60,665 nt of DNA from a virus (lineage: Duplodnaviria > Caudoviricetes). Every line of letters begins with the position of its first letter. Within the stretch, counting starts at the first letter, position 1. Of this stretch, positions 56,097 to 60,665 are shown piece after piece. The position numbers and the translations under genes are program-made. The stretch is from positions 1-60,665 of the IMG/VR virus record IMGVR_UViG_3300042923_000927; one strand, written 5' to 3'. Below the pieces are notes generated by a model. The model saw only the letters and a program-made list of their open reading frames with translations. It did no database searches and had not been told where the DNA came from.

Positions 56097-57401
56097 TTAA
56101 GCAGCCTCCTTTCTTGGAAGATCTTTAATGAGACGTTGCCAGATGCGGATAGTACCATTGGCCACATAGCGTATTGGGTCGAGAGTATGATCATGGGCCT
56201 TTATCGGCTTATCCTCGCCTCGTTGGGAGGCTTTTTCATCCCATGAGTAAGAGGAGAGTTCCCTCAGTACGTTCTTACATGACCTATGAACTCGGAATTT
56301 ATCGGAAGACATGATTGAGGATACCAATTCGATACCATCTTTCACATCATTGTTTGCAGCTGCGATCGGTAATGTCCGATCATCCTGCCATAATTGGACG
56401 ATAAAGGCCTGAGCTGATGGATCGATGTAAATGTACTCAGGCTTGTACCGAGACATATCAGCGGCAAATAGGCGTTCATCCCACCATCTGCGGAAATCCC
56501 TCGAATAATCGGATGGGGACTTTTGCTTACCTGATTCCCGACCACTGTGGTAGTATTCCTTTATCACATACATTCTCTCATCGGATCCAAGACCGATAAG
56601 GATGAACGTGGTGGCGTTGGACGTACCATAGTCGACTCCGACCCATGTTCTGGTCATTCTCGGCAGTACATCGACCACCATCTCATCGGAAAAGGCATCA
56701 TATATAATACCCTCTGCCATGACCCACAGACCAAGGATGTATCTTTTAAAGAAGACTCCGGAGAACATACGTTTGTATCTCTCTTTTACCTTCTTCGATA
56801 AAGAGTTGTTATCATCAATGGTGAAATGAAGTCTCAGGATCTTCTTCTCTTCTGACTTATCGATGTAATCAACCTTTAAGAAGTGATAAGGTCCAGCAGG
56901 GTTACAGTTCATCCAGACCTTGGAATCATCCACAGAGCAGCGGCCAATCATCTGTGTAATGAATGATTCTGGCATTAGGGCTGCCTCATCGGCATATGCT
57001 CCAGCGGCTGTTAAGCCCTGTAAAACGTCCTGAGACGCCTCCGTACTGGCACCGAAACAGTAATATGTATTGGACCCTATTTCGATGTAATTCTCGGACC
57101 TATTATAATGATATGAAATATTCAGTGCATTCAATATTTGAAACATGGGCTTCAGAACGTTACGTTTGAGAGCTCCCATGGACTTACCTGCCAGGATAAA
57201 GTCACAGTTACTGAAACTGAAGGTTGACCATTGTATGAATGAGGTAATCATGGCCACAGTCTTACCTGACCGGATGCTGCCATCACATACAATCATATCG
57301 TAATCAGCATATGGAGATTTAGGTGTCCACCATGTCAGCAGCTTCTTTTGTTTGGTAGAGAAGGGTTGAAATTCGAATGCTGCTGTCTTATTCGCCTTCA
57401 T
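56097..57401 (-). CDS. terL: Terminase large subunit (PBSX type)
   Basis: DGSIRSGKT, ADEAAL, NCNP, GVDYG, IDPSA and DHTLD motifs. Confidence 0.95.
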   Translation of the reverse strand: MKANKTAAFEFQPFSTKQKKLLTWWTPKSPYADYDMIVCDGSIRSGKTVAMITSFIQWSTFSFSNCDFILAGKSMGALKRNVLKPMFQILNALNISYHYNRSENYIEIGSNTYYCFGASTEASQDVLQGLTAAGAYADEAALMPESFITQMIGRCSVDDSKVWMNCNPAGPYHFLKVDYIDKSEEKKILRLHFTIDDNNSLSKKVKERYKRMFSGVFFKRYILGLWVMAEGIIYDAFSDEMVVDVLPRMTRTWVGVDYGTSNATTFILIGLGSDERMYVIKEYYHSGRESGKQKSPSDYSRDFRRWWDERLFAADMSRYKPEYIYIDPSAQAFIVQLWQDDRTLPIAAANNDVKDGIELVSSIMSSDKFRVHRSCKNVLRELSSYSWDEKASQRGEDKPIKAHDHTLDPIRYVANGTIRIWQRLIKDLPRKEAA

Positions 57402-58152
57402 CTTCATCACCCCAGACTTCTGCGGCCGATTTAGCCAGAGCCTGCATATAACGATCGAAGTTCGGAACATCCGATTTACCTGAGGCAGTCTCAAGTTTAT
57501 GTTGAAACTCCAGCATGCGGGCCTTTTTCTCCTGCACCTTGGTTAATTCGGCCTCAATGGTTTGAATTTGACCGAGGGTAGCAAGCTTTTTAACGGTTTT
57601 CATGTCTTTATCGCCTTTTTCACCCATGCCATGCTCCCTCGACTTCTCCACAATGGTGAAATCGCCTGCATCTTTCAATGCTTCGATGCGTTTCATCATC
57701 CGGAATTCTCGAATAGATATGACTTTCAGGGTAATAATAAGGTTAGACATGACATCTGCCTTCTGGCTTTCCCACATCTCGATTTCTTCATCATTGAATA
57801 CCGAGAATAGGATTTGCTCATATCGGCCATGGGTTACCGCATTCTTATTGCCTGGAGCTCCCTGATTATGTCCGCCATGATTTCGGCATCGGCCGTTGGC
57901 CATAGCCAGGTTCTTGCATCGTTGGCCTGTACTCTTAGTGAATGCTCCACATCGTACCACAGATCCAGTAAAGTAGGGATCGTATGATACTGCTGGATCC
58001 TTTTGAAACGTTGGTTTCTCGGCAGGTTCGGGTACCTGGATGATGCGACCTCGTATCGTATGAGACGAATCAGGTTTTTTATGACTTTGATTGGCTTCGA
58101 CTGGGGATGATGATTTTTTGCCAGCCGATTTGTTTTTCCGTGTGCTGGACAT
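57388..58152 (-). CDS. terS: Terminase small subunit with HGGxSTG-type zinc finger
   Basis: RCGAFT..GQRC...NGRCRNHGG...GAPGNKNAVTHG.Y; directly upstream of terL. Confidence 0.85.
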   Translation of the reverse strand: MSSTRKNKSAGKKSSSPVEANQSHKKPDSSHTIRGRIIQVPEPAEKPTFQKDPAVSYDPYFTGSVVRCGAFTKSTGQRCKNLAMANGRCRNHGGHNQGAPGNKNAVTHGRYEQILFSVFNDEEIEMWESQKADVMSNLIITLKVISIREFRMMKRIEALKDAGDFTIVEKSREHGMGEKGDKDMKTVKKLATLGQIQTIEAELTKVQEKKARMLEFQHKLETASGKSDVPNFDRYMQALAKSAAEVWGDEDEGE

Positions 58153-58358
58153 TTTTGCAGTCACCTCCACGTCTTAGCACATCTTTTCTGACGATTTTCC
58201 GTTCTTTTGAGCATCAGTCTCAAATAAAAAGGTGAATGCCTTTTGGATATTTGGGCACCACCGTACAAGTCATATTATAAATGATAACCACATCGAATGT
58301 AAATAGGAGAAATCTTGAAATTCGTAAATGCACAAAGAAAAAACCCGTTGTTAGCGGG

Positions 58359-58649
58359 TCATTCTTGAAATTCAAAATAATTTTGTTTCAGTTCGATTAA
58401 AGCATTGTGGTACTGTTGAAGATAAAGTATATGCATTTCATATCTCTTTATGGATTCGGCAGTTTTAGGGATTATCCTTCTGTAGGATGATTTATTAATC
58501 TTTAGCTTCCCCTTTAATTTCATCGAAGAATAATTATATTCAATTACCACATATGCTTTTCCAACCTCGATGATGGTTCCTTCATTAATGGCAGGAATTG
58601 TATCCCGGTTTCCATATGTTTTTAAGTATACTTCTTGACCTAATTCCAT
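58359..58649 (-). CDS. Hypothetical protein
   Basis: GGAGG RBS; followed by a terminator near 58338-58360. Confidence 0.65.
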   Translation of the reverse strand: MELGQEVYLKTYGNRDTIPAINEGTIIEVGKAYVVIEYNYSSMKLKGKLKINKSSYRRIIPKTAESIKRYEMHILYLQQYHNALIELKQNYFEFQE

Positions 58650-58653
58650 TTCA

Positions 58654-58830
58654 TTACCTCCTCAATGATTTCATGAATTCGCTTCCCATATGCCTTCTTA
58701 TCTCGTCTTGCTGATCCTCATCCAGTTCATCATATAAATCGGCCAGATTCTGTCTATCATGCTTATAAAGCCCATCTGACTGTCTTAAACGTTGTGCCAT
58801 GATGAACACCCATAACATATTCTGATTCAT
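58654..58830 (-). CDS. Small hypothetical protein (58 aa)
   Basis: Translated by hand, MNQNMLWVFIMAQRLRQ...; TTTACA-type promoter and AGGAGG RBS. Confidence 0.6.
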   Translation of the reverse strand: MNQNMLWVFIMAQRLRQSDGLYKHDRQNLADLYDELDEDQQDEIRRHMGSEFMKSLRR

Positions 58831-59124
58831 TAAATCTCCTCCTTTTTGGTTTACAGTCTAATAATACCACATTGCAATGAGAATGTAAATCATTTCTTTT
58901 TGGTGAGGATTACTGCTATGGTGATTGCCGACATCATAATTAAGGTTATTGCTATCATGGTGAATATGGTCATTGATTTCATCTCCTTATTCTTATTATG
59001 GTCAATGTCTGGCCGAAGTATACCAGTCCACACAAATAAAAATGACTACCGTGTAAGTTCGATAGCCATTTTCGTTTAGGTGAAAGATTGGAGAGAGATT
59101 GGGTCTGTTCTCCGTTATGGGCGA

Positions 59125-59391
59125 TTATTCGCCGGATGCAGCGTCTTTGTCCTGCCATGCTTTGATAATGGTCTTCAGTTCTTTGCTGTCAGCGTCCCAT
59201 TCATATTTGGCGCGAGGTCCGAAACCTTCTTGCTTAACTTCAGGAGCTTTGAAACCTTGAGCCCGGATGAATTGGCGAAGGATGCGGGGTTCTACGCCCA
59301 GCTGCTCCGAAAGCATACCTACCGTGATTTTACCGCCATTGCTTGCTTTTTCTACCGCATCTTTTTTCTTCTCTTTTGCTGCTTTTGCCAT
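59125..59391 (-). CDS. Stand-alone HTH-like domain protein
   Basis: ITVGMLSEQLGVEPRILRQFIRAQGFKAP...KYEW...ELKTIIKAW; GAGG RBS. Confidence 0.75.
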   Translation of the reverse strand: MAKAAKEKKKDAVEKASNGGKITVGMLSEQLGVEPRILRQFIRAQGFKAPEVKQEGFGPRAKYEWDADSKELKTIIKAWQDKDAASGE

Positions 59392-59531
59392 TGTTATTTC
59401 CTCCTTTGGATTGTATGTAACGTTCACCTTCATGTGGTGAGTACAGTTACATTATAAGATGATTCGGTTGAAAATATAACCCCTAAAAATCTTTTTTGGC
59501 GAATTATTTTCTTTTCGCCTATTTGAGACTG

Positions 59532-60116
59532 TTAAAAGCTTGGCGGTAACCCGTTTTTAAGGAGACTTATGATTTTCTCATAGAGCTGGATGGTCATCAA
59601 ACAGTCCCCCATTACATCGTGAGCATGATCCACATCCAAACCGTAATGTCGTGCAGCGGATACCAATGAAGTGGATTCTTCTGCCGGGTATAATCCCAGT
59701 TCCTTCATTAATATAATAAGAGAAGAAAGGTCAACCATCCGGTGTGAGATAAAATTACCAATGGGGTCTCCACCATGTTTATAGAAAAAGGTTGATAAGA
59801 ACGCCTTATCGAATGATGGTTGTTTCCCCATGAGGTAGAAGCTGTCCTTTCCATCAGGAAAGTTATCATGGATAAAGGCTACGATGCGGTCCATGGCTTC
59901 CAAAGGATTAATTCCTGACCGGGATACCCTGATAATGTTCAGTCCATTAACTTCGAGGGCTTCTGGGCTTACCACATAGTCCCTGTGTCTGATGAAAAAT
60001 TCTTCATGAGCCGTAACTCCTTTGTATGGGTCATATGCCATCATGCCGACTTGCAAGATAGAATGCTTTTGGGCGATAAGTCCGCCAGTTTCGGTATCAA
60101 GTACGAGATATTTCAT
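59532..60116 (-). CDS. DEDDh 3'-5' exonuclease (DnaQ-like)
   Basis: LDTETGG, SFD and HDVMGD motifs. Confidence 0.88.
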   Translation of the reverse strand: MKYLVLDTETGGLIAQKHSILQVGMMAYDPYKGVTAHEEFFIRHRDYVVSPEALEVNGLNIIRVSRSGINPLEAMDRIVAFIHDNFPDGKDSFYLMGKQPSFDKAFLSTFFYKHGGDPIGNFISHRMVDLSSLIILMKELGLYPAEESTSLVSAARHYGLDVDHAHDVMGDCLMTIQLYEKIISLLKNGLPPSF

Positions 60117-60118
60117 CT

Positions 60119-60571
60119 TTATTCCTCCTCCTTATTAATTAGGATGTACTCTGGTTCGAGTGGCACCATGAATGGGAATGTCACAGGGACTGAGCTGCTC
60201 TTTCCTTGGGAGAACCATGTCTCACCTCCATCATCGGAGAATACTTTACCTTCAATGTAATGAGCGGTAGAATTATCATGGTTATACCGGAATACCCCAC
60301 TGCATCGGTGGTTCTGCTGTACTATTCCAATGGAGAGTCTGTATTCTGGGCCCCATTCGTCATCTTCCCCAGTTAGTGGGGTAATAGGTTTCCAAGCGAG
60401 AAGCCTTTTAATGAGGTCAATGGAGTATGGTGCCGTGAATCCGGTGTGATTTTGCTCAGCGAACAGTTTGACCACATCCAGGATGTTTTTGTGTGTTGCT
60501 GATGAGTCTTCCTCTCCGACTTTGTTTAAATGATCCAGTTCCTTACTTGCCCATTTTACCAATTCACTCAT
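60119..60571 (-). CDS. Hypothetical phage protein
   Basis: GAGGAGG RBS; F..Q.HTGF.A...KPITPLTGEDDEW. Confidence 0.75.
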   Translation of the reverse strand: MSELVKWASKELDHLNKVGEEDSSATHKNILDVVKLFAEQNHTGFTAPYSIDLIKRLLAWKPITPLTGEDDEWGPEYRLSIGIVQQNHRCSGVFRYNHDNSTAHYIEGKVFSDDGGETWFSQGKSSSVPVTFPFMVPLEPEYILINKEEE

Positions 60572-60665
60572 TTCTTATTCCTCCTCTTTTTGTTCTTGCC
60601 AGAAAGCCGTTAATGTTCCGAGAATCAGCGCCAAGGCATATACTGCCGGGATTACTATCCACAGG
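60539..60665. repeat. Terminal direct repeat, copy 2
   Basis: Identical to 1-127. Confidence 0.95.

Noticed and set aside
60539-60665. 127-bp terminal repeat as a biological direct terminal repeat
   Set aside because: The length matches a common assembler k-mer and the repeat cuts through coding sequence, so it is best explained as circular overlap
1-60665. Apparent abundance of GATC, CCGG and GAATTC sites as proof of modified DNA
   Set aside because: Visual impression only; observed/expected counts are needed before it can serve as evidence
1-60665. tRNA, rRNA, introns or inteins
   Set aside because: No cloverleaf or splicing motifs were noticed, and PolA, TerL and the helicases have uninterrupted, normal-length cores; a covariance-model scan was not possible

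Overview
This window looks like a complete ~60.5 kb circularly permuted genome of a long-tailed dsDNA phage. Bases 1-127 are repeated exactly at 60539-60665, most likely assembly overlap. The host is probably an endospore-forming Bacillota (Bacillales/Paenibacillus-like), inferred from GGAGG RBSs, SigA- and sporulation-sigma-type promoters, Prp cleavage motifs and IDEAL/copper-amine-oxidase-like domains. Plus strand 3.7-24.8 kb carries replication and nucleotide metabolism: a RepB-type primase-helicase, NMP kinase, all-alpha dNTPase, three thymidylate-synthase-fold genes, dCMP deaminase, a UDG-fused PolA, a Cas4/RecB-like nuclease, an AAA ATPase, SSB, VRR-NUC and a SNF2 helicase. It also holds an array of single-gene promoter/terminator cassettes, several sharing a mobile HTH-like domain. 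Minus strand 24.8-29.6 kb is an operon of iterons, ParM-like actin, ParR-like adaptor, pilin-like protein, M23 peptidase and a VirD4/VirB4-like ATPase behind a sporulation-sigma-like promoter, opposed by a SigF-like antisense micropeptide. A second cassette array lies at 29.7-31.8 kb. Minus strand 31.9-58.2 kb holds lysis, tail, head and packaging genes with unusual passengers: an S8 protease, a PhoD phosphatase-lectin fusion, a MuF protein with an ART-like tail and a phage-encoded Prp. No integrase, tRNA or CRISPR array was seen. The best candidates for undescribed systems are the sporulation-linked segregation/translocation operon, the triple TS-fold base-modification cluster and the shared HTH tag domain. 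All family assignments come from motif recognition by eye; no database searches were run.
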